Shown piece after piece: positions 22,107 through 31,163 of a stretch of 64,000 bases of DNA. The position numbers were made by a program, and so were the translations under genes. Position 1 is the stretch's first letter. Each line of letters opens with the position of its first letter. The notes beneath the pieces were generated by a model. That model was not told where the DNA came from and did not search any database. It saw only the letters and a list, made by a program, of their open reading frames with translations. The stretch is from an uncultured Clostridia bacterium (GTDB lineage: Bacteria; Bacillota; Clostridia; UBA1381), in the NCBI GenBank assembly GCA_934501535.1, contig CAKSUM010000007.1, positions 47,578-111,577 of the forward strand, read 5' to 3'.

Positions 22107-22182
22107 GTTTTTTCGCCTCCGTTTTATAAAAGTATACCATTCAGAAAAGAAAATGTCAATTTTTTTAACCTTTTTCTCATCA

Positions 22183-22228
22183 AACAGTCATTATTTTGTA
22201 TTTAACAGTCAATTTTCTTTGATATAAT
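22183..22228 (+). promoter_or_regulatory. direct-repeat operator plus promoter of the GH gene
   Basis: AACAGTCA occurs at 22183-22190 and 22204-22211 (exactly 21 nt apart). The second copy sits where a -35 would be, and an extended -10 TGATATAAT ends at 22228. Confidence 0.45.
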
Positions 22229-22256
22229 AAATATAAAACGGCATAAGGAGTGTATA

Positions 22257-23378
22257 TTGATGGGAACAAAATGGAGCAAGACAAAAGCGTGGAGCTGGTA
22301 TAATTCAAGACCGTGGATAAGAGGCTGTAACTTTATGAGCAGCGACTGCGCAAACCGATTAGATCAGTGGCAGGAATATGAATTTGAGAAAAAATTGCAT
22401 ACAGCCGAAAAAGAACTTGCACTGGAGGCAGAAACAGGCTATAATTCAATAAGAATTATACCGGAATTTATAGTGTGGTTAAAAGAGCATGACGGTTTTA
22501 TGAAACGTTTTGAAAGATATATAGATACGGCTTACAAAAACGGAATTTCATGTATGGTTGTCCTCGACAATGATTGCGTGCCGCCAAAGGAGGAGGCATT
22601 AAAACGCATGAAATTCGGGGCACAGGAGGTTGATTGGGGCTATCACGGAGGCAGAAAGGTATCGCAGCATGGTTCATTCAGCGAGATTGGCTACTCCCTG
22701 CTTGATGACACGGCATATGCCGAAAAGTATTACGAATTCGTCGGCGAAACAGTGTCTGCATACAAAAACGATGAAAGAATTATAATTTGGGACGTGTTTA
22801 ATGAACCCGGTAATTCCAACCGTCAATCGCTGTCGCTGCCGCATATAAAAAAATCGTTTGAGATTATACGCAAAATCAATCCCATTCAGCCGCTCACCGC
22901 CGGATTATGGACTTTTCCCGGCGATACTGGCCGTTTGCCCGAAATCGAGCGATTTTGCCTTGAAAATTCCGATGTTATTTCTTATCATAACTACGGTTCG
23001 TACAGTGAAAATACAGAAATAATCAATCATCTTAAAAAATTCGGCAGACCCCTGCTTAATACTGAATGGCTGAACCGATGCGGCGGAAACACCGTTGAGG
23101 AAATGTTTCCGCTGTTCTTCCTTGAAAAAATCGGCTGCTATAACTGGGGATTTGTCGCGGGCAAATATCAGACATATGAGCCGTGGAACAATGTATGGGA
23201 CGGATATAAGAGCAATCCCGAAAAATACGGTACATTTGATTTTACGAAATGGTTTCATGACCTGTGCCGTCCGAGTCTGAACCCATACAATCCCAAAGAA
23301 ATTGAACTGATAAAAAAATTCTGCCGCCTTTCGGATAAGGATTTTGCATGCTTTATCGGTCGAAAAAATCAAGTGTGA
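22257..23378 (+). CDS. cytoplasmic clan GH-A (GH5-like TIM barrel) glycoside hydrolase
   Basis: 373 aa with no signal peptide. It has WDVFNEPGN (an acid/base NEP motif) and LLNTEW (a nucleophile-type motif). AAGGAG is upstream of the TTG/ATG at 22257/22260. I cannot resolve the exact family by eye. Confidence 0.7.
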   Translation: MMGTKWSKTKAWSWYNSRPWIRGCNFMSSDCANRLDQWQEYEFEKKLHTAEKELALEAETGYNSIRIIPEFIVWLKEHDGFMKRFERYIDTAYKNGISCMVVLDNDCVPPKEEALKRMKFGAQEVDWGYHGGRKVSQHGSFSEIGYSLLDDTAYAEKYYEFVGETVSAYKNDERIIIWDVFNEPGNSNRQSLSLPHIKKSFEIIRKINPIQPLTAGLWTFPGDTGRLPEIERFCLENSDVISYHNYGSYSENTEIINHLKKFGRPLLNTEWLNRCGGNTVEEMFPLFFLEKIGCYNWGFVAGKYQTYEPWNNVWDGYKSNPEKYGTFDFTKWFHDLCRPSLNPYNPKEIELIKKFCRLSDKDFACFIGRKNQV

Positions 23379-23395
23379 TTACAAAATAAACAGCG

Positions 23396-23431
23396 AAAAA
23401 CCTCGTAGTTTATATTAAATGCGAGGTTTTT
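23396..23431. terminator. bidirectional intrinsic terminator
   Basis: AAAAACCTCG / CGAGGTTTTT stem between convergent genes. Confidence 0.6.
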
Positions 23432-23455
23432 CGCCATGCCGTGATTCGTCTTTTT

Positions 23456-24436
23456 TTATTCACCGACCGTCAAAACAACTTTGCCGACGTTCTCGCCGCG
23501 CTGCAAAATCGCATGTGCTTCCTCTGCTTCGGTTATCGGCAGTACTTTATAAATTGTCGGCTTTACAAGTCCCTGTTCAATCTTCGGGAATACGTTTTTA
23601 ACAAGCTCCGCCAATATCTGCGCCTTTACCTCCGGTGTGCGCGAACGCAGCGTACTTCCTATTATGCGCACATTGCGCACATAGATGTTCTTTAAATCGA
23701 TTTCCGTTTTTGTTCCTGCAAGCGCCGCAATCATTATCCATCTTGCGCCGTGCGTCAGATACGACAGACACTCGCCCATATGCTCGCCGCCCAGGCAGTC
23801 AATCGCCACATCAACGCTTCTTCCCGATTCAAGTTCCGTCTTTAACACATCGGCGGTTTTTTGCTTTGATGTATTTATTACAACATCAGCGCCCAGATGT
23901 TCGATTTCCTTTGCTTTTTCATCACTCAGAACCGACGTGATTACACGAACGCCGAACGCTTTTGCCATCGGGATAACCACGCTTGCAAGACCGGACGCAC
24001 CGGCATGCATCAAAAGTGTATTTCCCTCTTTGATTTTACCCTCTATAAACAGATTGAGGTAAGCCGTTGCAAAAGCCTCCGGGATTGCCGCCGCCTCAAT
24101 CAGCGAGCAGTTTTTCGGAACCGGCATGCACATGTCATACTTGACCGCCGCATATTCCGCATATCCGCCGCCGCCCAAAAGCGCGCAAACCTTATCTCCG
24201 ATTTTCCAATGCTTTTTTGCTTCTTCACCAAGCTCAACTATTTCGCCCGCAATCTCCAGTCCCATCCATTCCGGACAGCCCGGAGGCGGCGGATAATCGC
24301 CCTCACGCTGCATCAAATCCGCACGGTTAAGCGCCGCTGCGCCTATTTTCACCAACACCTCGTCCGATTTTATCACCGGATTCGGTACCTCTCTCCATGA
24401 CAGTGATTTGTCATCATTTATTAAAATTGCTTTCAT
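23456..24436 (-). CDS. NAD(P)H:quinone oxidoreductase, PIG3/zeta-crystallin type (MDR superfamily)
   Basis: 326 aa. Contains ALNRADLMQREGDYPPPPG and HAGASGLAS motifs. Confidence 0.8.
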   Translation of the reverse strand: MKAILINDDKSLSWREVPNPVIKSDEVLVKIGAAALNRADLMQREGDYPPPPGCPEWMGLEIAGEIVELGEEAKKHWKIGDKVCALLGGGGYAEYAAVKYDMCMPVPKNCSLIEAAAIPEAFATAYLNLFIEGKIKEGNTLLMHAGASGLASVVIPMAKAFGVRVITSVLSDEKAKEIEHLGADVVINTSKQKTADVLKTELESGRSVDVAIDCLGGEHMGECLSYLTHGARWIMIAALAGTKTEIDLKNIYVRNVRIIGSTLRSRTPEVKAQILAELVKNVFPKIEQGLVKPTIYKVLPITEAEEAHAILQRGENVGKVVLTVGE

Positions 24437-25454
24437 CTGTTTTCCCTTTCTGTTTACCGCAGGCTTTTAATATCGCCTTATAAAGCTGCAGTTCATATTC
24501 GTACGTGTACGGATTTTCCTTATCTTTGCACACTATTTCCACGAACTCGCGCATCATATCGTCATAACGTCCCTTGGTTGCGGTTCTTTCAAACGGTAAA
24601 TCTATATCCCAAAATTCCTTATCCTTCGGTGTAAATTTCATCATGCTGAAAACACCCTCGGCAACAGCTTCATCATTCGCTTCGAGCGGGCGAATTTCAA
24701 CAGTGCCCTTCGTTCCGCATACAACAAGCTGACGGCGCATAAATCCGCCTGTTTCATTGTCACAGCTTTTTGCAAAAGATATCCCGTTTTTGTACTTGAA
24801 CACCGCCATACCGAAATCGTCCGCATTGATTTTTCCGGGTTCCGTCATACGGTTCAGTGGAATTATTTCCTCCGGCATACCCTGAATTTGCAGTATCAGG
24901 TCAACCAGGTGACAGCCTAAAAAGAACATTTCTCCTCCCGGAAATCTGTCGAGCCATTGGCGTTTTTCATCGGGGTGCTGACAATTCATCTGTGCTTCAA
25001 CACAAAATATTTCACCCAGCTCACCGTTTTTTATTTTTCTGAGCGCCTCTTTTACCGCTGTGTTATACCGATACATATATCCCATATGAAACGGCAAATT
25101 TTTTGATTTTGCCGCGGCCGTTGTTTTTTCAAATTCCGTCAAATCCAATCCGCCGGGCTTGTCCATATGCACCGGATAGCCTGCCTCAAAGGCTTTTAAA
25201 GCGTATTTATTCAGATTTCGCTCCTCGGTTTCAACTATCACCGCGTCCAAATCGGGGATTGCAAAAGCCTGTTCAAGCGTAAGCTTCGGAATATCCTCAA
25301 ACTGCTTTACAAAATTTGCATAATCCTGTGCTTCGTTTTCCGGCAACACCAGTCCCGCCACCTCATATACGTCAGACATTCTGAGCAGGGTTTCGAGCGT
25401 TCCCGGAGCATGGTCATGGCCAATTCCTATCTGCACAACTTTTATTTTTCTCAT
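24414..25454 (-). CDS. Gfo/Idh/MocA family oxidoreductase
   Basis: I trimmed the ORF 24414..25580 to the ATG at 25454 (MRKIKVVQIGIGHDH) with GGAGGAAAG upstream. The N-terminal Rossmann fold and overall pattern fit the family. Confidence 0.8.
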   Translation of the reverse strand: MRKIKVVQIGIGHDHAPGTLETLLRMSDVYEVAGLVLPENEAQDYANFVKQFEDIPKLTLEQAFAIPDLDAVIVETEERNLNKYALKAFEAGYPVHMDKPGGLDLTEFEKTTAAAKSKNLPFHMGYMYRYNTAVKEALRKIKNGELGEIFCVEAQMNCQHPDEKRQWLDRFPGGEMFFLGCHLVDLILQIQGMPEEIIPLNRMTEPGKINADDFGMAVFKYKNGISFAKSCDNETGGFMRRQLVVCGTKGTVEIRPLEANDEAVAEGVFSMMKFTPKDKEFWDIDLPFERTATKGRYDDMMREFVEIVCKDKENPYTYEYELQLYKAILKACGKQKGKTDESNFNK

Positions 25455-25470
25455 AATCTTTCCTCCGTTA

Positions 25471-26490
25471 TTATCTGATTTTTTCCCAATCAAACTGCAC
25501 AATCGGAGGGAAGTTTTTGTCGGATACAAGCCTCGAATATACCTCGGTGCATTCTGCCGGAGAATGAGTTTCATCAACAATACTCTTTAAGTCAAGCCGT
25601 TTTCCCGTGCAGAGCTTGACAGCCGCAACCATATCGTCATGGCTCGTAAAAAATCCCGGACGCGATTCAACTTCCGGTCTTGCCTGCGTGTGCGCACCGA
25701 CAAGCGTTATTCCGGGACCGTGAACCTTTCGGTAATAATCCACCGTAAAGTTTTTGTCGCGAGTGCAGCCCAAAAGCGCAACGCGACCGAACATTGCCAT
25801 ACAGTCAAGCGTTTCATTGAGTCCTGCGCCGATGCCTGTTACCTCAATTGCAGTATTTGCTCCGCCGTCCGTCAGTTCCTTTACCTTATCGGCAAATCCT
25901 TCCTCCATAGGGTCAAGTGCATAATCCGCACCCATAGCCAGCGCCTTTTCACGGCGTGCCGAATTCGGGTCTGCCGCAATTACCGGAACAGCCCCTGCTA
26001 TTTTCGCCATTTGTACACCAAAAAGTCCCAAAATGCCCAGTCCCATTATGAGCATTGATTCACCCAGTTCAAGCCGTGTTTTTCTTACAGCCGCCATGGG
26101 AAAAATTGAAATATGACACAGTGCCGCTTCTGCAAATGACATTTCATCAGGAATTTTAACGATATTCTTTACCGGGAGAATGTTGTATTCCTTGTGCTGA
26201 CTCCAAATCATTGCAACACGGTCGCCAACCTCAAAACCGGTCACGTCTGCCCCTTTCTGCACAATAATTCCCGAGCTTGAATATCCGAGAACCTTCGGGA
26301 ACGGCGGTTCTCCCGAATCACCGTCCGGAGAGACATTTTTATCGCCGCTTATGTTCGCTCTTTCGGTGCCCGCGCTCAGGCTGCTGACCATTGTTTTAAC
26401 CAGCACCTCATTTTCCCCCGGCGCACCGTATTCTATCTCCGTCAGTTCTGCCGTATTTGGCTTTGTGAATGTAATCTGTTTGCATTTCAT
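25471..26490 (-). CDS. zinc-type medium-chain alcohol/polyol dehydrogenase
   Basis: 339 aa. GroES-like N-terminal domain and a MGLGILGLFGVQ Rossmann glycine motif. Confidence 0.8.
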   Translation of the reverse strand: MKCKQITFTKPNTAELTEIEYGAPGENEVLVKTMVSSLSAGTERANISGDKNVSPDGDSGEPPFPKVLGYSSSGIIVQKGADVTGFEVGDRVAMIWSQHKEYNILPVKNIVKIPDEMSFAEAALCHISIFPMAAVRKTRLELGESMLIMGLGILGLFGVQMAKIAGAVPVIAADPNSARREKALAMGADYALDPMEEGFADKVKELTDGGANTAIEVTGIGAGLNETLDCMAMFGRVALLGCTRDKNFTVDYYRKVHGPGITLVGAHTQARPEVESRPGFFTSHDDMVAAVKLCTGKRLDLKSIVDETHSPAECTEVYSRLVSDKNFPPIVQFDWEKIR

Positions 26491-26517
26491 AAAAGAAAAC
26501 CTCCAATTTTTGTGATT

Positions 26518-27636
26518 TTATAATATCTCTTTTCCGCCGATTAGTACATTTTTTATTTCAAAATTTTTGTTTAATATAAGTAAATCTGCTCTTTTTCCGA
26601 CAGTTATGCTTCCTCTGTCGGAATAAACACCGGTTGCCTTTGCCGGATTTCTGCTTGCCGCCATGACGGCCGTTTCAAACGGTATCCCAAATTCCACCGC
26701 TTTTTTTACGCACTCTAAAAGCGTTGATGTTCCGCCGGCTATAACGCCGTCCGGCGTATAGGACTTTCCGCCCTTTACCACTATTTCCTGTCCGTCAAAT
26801 TCAACATATTTTCCGTCCGGCATGCCTGCCGAACGTATGGCGTCCGTTATGAAAACAAGTCTTTCCGGGCCGATGACTTTATACAGCAGACGTACAGCGC
26901 ATCCCGAAAGATGAAATCCGTCACATATACATTCACAGTAAATATTGCTGTCAAATGCCGCTCCTATAGCGTTCGGACTTCTGTGCGTAAACGGACGCAT
27001 TGCATTAAACGTGTGAATAAGCCTGTTTGCGCCTGCATTTATTGCAGACATCGCCTCATCATAGTCCGCATCGGTATGACCTACGGTAATATTTACACGC
27101 TCCTTTTCTCTGCGTATAAATTCTATTGCGCCGTCAAGCTCCGGCGCCACTCCGACGGAATTTATAAGGTTTCCGCTCTTTTTATAAAGCTTTTCAAACT
27201 CCTCACACGAAGGATTACGCAGATATTTTTCATCATGAGCGCCCTTATATTTGACCGAAAAATACGGTCCCTCCATATATATTCCGATAATATCCGCACC
27301 GCCGACTCCCTGTTTTTTTGCCTCTTTAATATTTTCGACCGAGCGTTCGAGCCATTCTTTGCTCTGCGTCATAATTGTCGCAAGAAATGATGTGACGCCG
27401 TGCTCCGCAAGGTACCTTGATACGGTGTCGACAGCCTCATACGATAAATCCATACAGTCGCAGCCCATAGCCCCGTGAGTATGAATATCGATAAGTCCAG
27501 GAATTACATAACAGTCCGTACAGTCAACATCAATATTTTCACTGCTCTTTTGGGCGATAAGACCGTTATCGATATGTACATCGTGCACACGAAACTTAAA
27601 ATCATCATCAAGTACGGTTCCGTTTTTCAGATGCAT
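26518..27636 (-). CDS. nagA: N-acetylglucosamine-6-phosphate deacetylase
   Basis: 372 aa. VIPGLIDIHTHGAMG, then EGPY and HTFNAM motifs of the NagA amidohydrolases. Confidence 0.85.
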   Translation of the reverse strand: MHLKNGTVLDDDFKFRVHDVHIDNGLIAQKSSENIDVDCTDCYVIPGLIDIHTHGAMGCDCMDLSYEAVDTVSRYLAEHGVTSFLATIMTQSKEWLERSVENIKEAKKQGVGGADIIGIYMEGPYFSVKYKGAHDEKYLRNPSCEEFEKLYKKSGNLINSVGVAPELDGAIEFIRREKERVNITVGHTDADYDEAMSAINAGANRLIHTFNAMRPFTHRSPNAIGAAFDSNIYCECICDGFHLSGCAVRLLYKVIGPERLVFITDAIRSAGMPDGKYVEFDGQEIVVKGGKSYTPDGVIAGGTSTLLECVKKAVEFGIPFETAVMAASRNPAKATGVYSDRGSITVGKRADLLILNKNFEIKNVLIGGKEIL

Positions 27637-27671
27637 GATTCGTCCCTCCTTTTAATATACGTAATACGGTC

Positions 27672-27705
27672 AATCAGGCTCATTTATTATTAAATGAGCC
27701 TGATT
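27672..27705. terminator. 15-bp perfect hairpin downstream of the giant-protein operon
   Basis: AATCAGGCTCATTTA-ttat-TAAATGAGCCTGATT. The T-run lies on the plus-strand side, although the only gene ending here (27725) is on the minus strand. Confidence 0.5.
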
Positions 27706-27724
27706 TTTATTTTTCCGAAAGAAA

Positions 27725-30700
27725 TCAGAACACTATCATAATATTATAATCGCGCCATACCGATACCGTCACAAAATTCATCGTACCGTTGCCGGTAATA
27801 TCGTTAAGTGTGATTTCCTCGATTTTTTTCGTTGACGTGTCGAACTTGTACATTTTTCCGAAAGCATTGGTTTTGAACAGTTCAACCAGACTGTCACCGT
27901 CGCTGCTTATGACTTTAAGTATTCCACCGTCTATTTTAGCAGCAATTGTTCCAAAAAAGGTTCGCCTTCTCGAGTCAAGATCGGACGAAATAGACGTATA
28001 AGCCTTGTTTCCGTCGCAGCGGTAAACAATTCTCATTTCGCCGGAATTGTCTGTTCCGGAGCGACCCTCATAAATTCTTCCGTCTTTTCTGGTGGTAAAG
28101 GTTACTATATCGCCCTTTTGCAGCTTGACGGAAGTGCTGCCGTTATCCGCCGCAACATGGTCAAGATCAACTTTATTGTCCGCATAGAATGTTTTCTTTC
28201 CGCGTGCATTATAGCATACCAGTTTCGTCAGAACTTCGCCGCTTTCCTCGTCAAATACTTGTTGTATAGCGCCTACGATATATGCGTCAAGTATATCCGC
28301 ATTCTGGATAGGACTGTTTTTCAGTATAAACGCACTTGCTACATAGTCATTATCCGTTGTGGAATAGGCAATCAGTTCATTTGAGCTGTAATTCTTGTTA
28401 TTCAGCATATAATACTGTGCCGGAATGTATCTGTACTGGTACAAATCCAAATCTCCGTCGGTTCCGGAAACAACAAACAACGGTGTTGAGCCGGTAAAGA
28501 AATATTTATTTCCTATTGTAAAAGTATCCGAAAGATAGGTATAGCTTCTGCCGTCCGTGGGAGAAATACGCCGAAATCCGTCATCGCCTGCCGACCATAC
28601 ATCTTTTGCAGTCAGCATTTCTCTGATTTTCCCGTCATCGTCACACTTAATCTGAATTAACTGCGACGGTATCTTTGAGTCTGTTCCGCACAGTATTCTG
28701 TATGCCTCATCGGAATTTTTACTTCTCTTTTCGTTAATTCTGAGCCTGTCAACACTGTCCGTTTTATTTATTGTGCCGTCCTCTCTGAACAGCCAGAAAC
28801 AAATGCTTTCCTCATCGGTATTCATTGCCGCTTTTACAATATATGCAAATTCCCATGCGCCGTTCTGTTTCTTGAATGCGGCTACTCTGCCGAATGCGTC
28901 CAGATAGAGTATGCCGCTTTCGCCCGGGTCAAGACTGTTTATGCCCGCATAGTTCTTTACACATTCCGTTTCGCTTAATATATCCTTGCCGTGGACTTCG
29001 TCGTAGAATACGATATATTTGTATCCGTCATCATCTGTGCGTATGTCATTTGCCCAACCGGAAAAGATGTTTGATGAGCGGTAAATTACGGTGTAATGCT
29101 TGTCCTTGCTCTGCAGTACGCTCAGAACATTATCTGCGGAAATCGAGTCGAGCTTGCCTTTAACACCATTGGAATAAACGATTATTTCCCCTGCCAAATC
29201 CAGGTTCAGCGTTTTGTTTTCGTATTTATCCGTAATTACGCCGTTAGCTTTGTCAACCGATTCAACAACAAATGTTTCATAGTTTATTACCTTTACTATT
29301 TCATACTTACCGTCACGGTTGTTGTCAATAAGTTCAACGCTTCCGTCCTTTGTCAACATGTCCGCATCGGTGTACTCAGACACCGAACGGTTATTGTAAA
29401 TAAGGTATCTGTCACTGCTGAGAACCGCTCTTTTTCGCGAGGAATTTTTACCTGTAGTGTAATTATACGCGCCGCCGGTGTATCCTGTCAGATTTCTTGC
29501 GTCAATTAAAACAATATCGTTCTTTTTATCTATATCCGTGAAGAATATAGCAGCGTCCCCGCCGTCTGTTTCCTTGGTATAAAACTTTACGTTTTTTCCG
29601 AGCAGCTCGGAAACATCATTGTACACAACATATTCACTGCCTGCGATTTTTACTCTGCCCTCGCCGATACCGTTGTAATTTGAAAGTGAAGTAACCGATG
29701 TCGCCTCGACAATTCCCTCTCTTTCGGTCAGTCCCATTTTACATTCAAGAACACGGCTGTCAAGCGCATATCCGGGCTGTCCGTTTACAATTTTGTCGGC
29801 CGTAAGACTGCGGCAGTCAAGAAAATTAACCAAAAGCTTGTTCAGCTGTTCAAATGTCAGCACATTACCCGACGGGATATTCACTCCTTTTGTTATGCCG
29901 AGATTTGCCGCTGCATTCTGCGGCAGTTTTGATTCAAGCTCTGATTTAAACCCAAGCGCCGTTACCAGCGCACGGCACGCCTCGCCGAACGTAATTCCTT
30001 TGTACGGATTGTATGCTCCATTTTCGTCTTTTTTGAGCAAATCCTTTTCAAGCATCAGCTGCGCATAGCCCTCGTAGCCCTCCAGGTCTGCCGCAAGCTC
30101 CGCGCTGCCCTCCGAAACCATTCCTCCGCATCCGAGCATGACTGCAAGATATTTCGAGAATTTCTCGCGTGACACCTGTTCTGACGCATCGGAATATTCA
30201 TTTGCATCATATATTCCGAACGCCTCCAGCATGCTCCGCCGGCTGTCCTCCGATTTGTCAATCACCGTTTTGTTTGCCGTCCCCGAGCTGCCTCCTCCCG
30301 AACCGCTGTCCGGTGCCGGAATATCAAAGCCCTGCTCATAAAACTGCCAGTCATCAATATAGATTTCTTTATTCTGCGTGCCTACAACAATACGAATATC
30401 TCTTGTTTTCGTATAGTCAATAGCCGACGGCATCTGGAAAGTTGCGGTCATATCGCACCATTCGCCCGGCTCAAAGGTATTTTTCGCAGAAAGGTGAATC
30501 CATTCATCACTTCCGGGTTCAACATAGCATATTGAAAACCACACCTCGGTTGTTTCCTTCGCCTTTATGCGTGCCCGTGCCTCATAAATTTTGTTGGGTT
30601 CAAGGTATACTTTCTGCAGTACGGGCGCCTGGTCCCACCCTGCAACGAATTTCATAACTTTGTTGCTGCCGTCCTCAACCTGTACCGGCTGATTTCCGTC

Positions 30701-31156
30701 ACCGACACCAAACATCGACATATCCTCCTGCTCCATGTCGCCGTTTACAATCTGACGGTATTGGGGGAATTCTCCCGTTGTGGTAAATTCCGTTTTTGAC
30801 GGTGACAGCGGTTTTCCCTCGGCGGACAGTATTCCTTTTGTAAAGGATATTTCATACTTCTGCGCCGGGTCAAGCTTGGACATATGGATTCTCATTTTTT
30901 TGCCGCTGAGCATCTCAATATCCTGTATAACATTCGGGCTCATCACCACCGAAGATGATGTTACGGTTTTTTCGTCCATTTCGGTATTAAAATTGACATC
31001 GACCACCGTATTAATAAGTCCGATATTTTCTGCACCGCTTTCGGGCGTGGTTTTAATAACCGCCGGAATTACGTCCGCCGCAAAAGCGGACGGAACTGCG
31101 GAAATAACCATGCACAGTATCAATAATGCGGCAAATGCTTTGTTTTTTATCATCAT
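27725..31156 (-). CDS. giant secreted protein A: signal peptide, one SbsA/Big_5-like Ig domain, CBM4/9-like module, Gly/Ser linker, SLH-like motif(s), about 650 aa of unassigned beta-rich region
   Basis: 1143 aa. Signal peptide ends SAFA-AD. Big_5-like segment VIKTTPESGAENI...NFNTEMDEKTV. Jelly-roll signature IVNGDMEQ ... IYIDDWQFYE. Linker SGSGGGSSG. SLH-like stretch LMLEKDLLKKDENGAYNPYKGITFGEACRALVTAL. I recognise no catalytic motif. Confidence 0.75.
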   Translation of the reverse strand: MMIKNKAFAALLILCMVISAVPSAFAADVIPAVIKTTPESGAENIGLINTVVDVNFNTEMDEKTVTSSSVVMSPNVIQDIEMLSGKKMRIHMSKLDPAQKYEISFTKGILSAEGKPLSPSKTEFTTTGEFPQYRQIVNGDMEQEDMSMFGVGDGNQPVQVEDGSNKVMKFVAGWDQAPVLQKVYLEPNKIYEARARIKAKETTEVWFSICYVEPGSDEWIHLSAKNTFEPGEWCDMTATFQMPSAIDYTKTRDIRIVVGTQNKEIYIDDWQFYEQGFDIPAPDSGSGGGSSGTANKTVIDKSEDSRRSMLEAFGIYDANEYSDASEQVSREKFSKYLAVMLGCGGMVSEGSAELAADLEGYEGYAQLMLEKDLLKKDENGAYNPYKGITFGEACRALVTALGFKSELESKLPQNAAANLGITKGVNIPSGNVLTFEQLNKLLVNFLDCRSLTADKIVNGQPGYALDSRVLECKMGLTEREGIVEATSVTSLSNYNGIGEGRVKIAGSEYVVYNDVSELLGKNVKFYTKETDGGDAAIFFTDIDKKNDIVLIDARNLTGYTGGAYNYTTGKNSSRKRAVLSSDRYLIYNNRSVSEYTDADMLTKDGSVELIDNNRDGKYEIVKVINYETFVVESVDKANGVITDKYENKTLNLDLAGEIIVYSNGVKGKLDSISADNVLSVLQSKDKHYTVIYRSSNIFSGWANDIRTDDDGYKYIVFYDEVHGKDILSETECVKNYAGINSLDPGESGILYLDAFGRVAAFKKQNGAWEFAYIVKAAMNTDEESICFWLFREDGTINKTDSVDRLRINEKRSKNSDEAYRILCGTDSKIPSQLIQIKCDDDGKIREMLTAKDVWSAGDDGFRRISPTDGRSYTYLSDTFTIGNKYFFTGSTPLFVVSGTDGDLDLYQYRYIPAQYYMLNNKNYSSNELIAYSTTDNDYVASAFILKNSPIQNADILDAYIVGAIQQVFDEESGEVLTKLVCYNARGKKTFYADNKVDLDHVAADNGSTSVKLQKGDIVTFTTRKDGRIYEGRSGTDNSGEMRIVYRCDGNKAYTSISSDLDSRRRTFFGTIAAKIDGGILKVISSDGDSLVELFKTNAFGKMYKFDTSTKKIEEITLNDITGNGTMNFVTVSVWRDYNIMIVF

Positions 31157-31163
31157 TTTCCTC

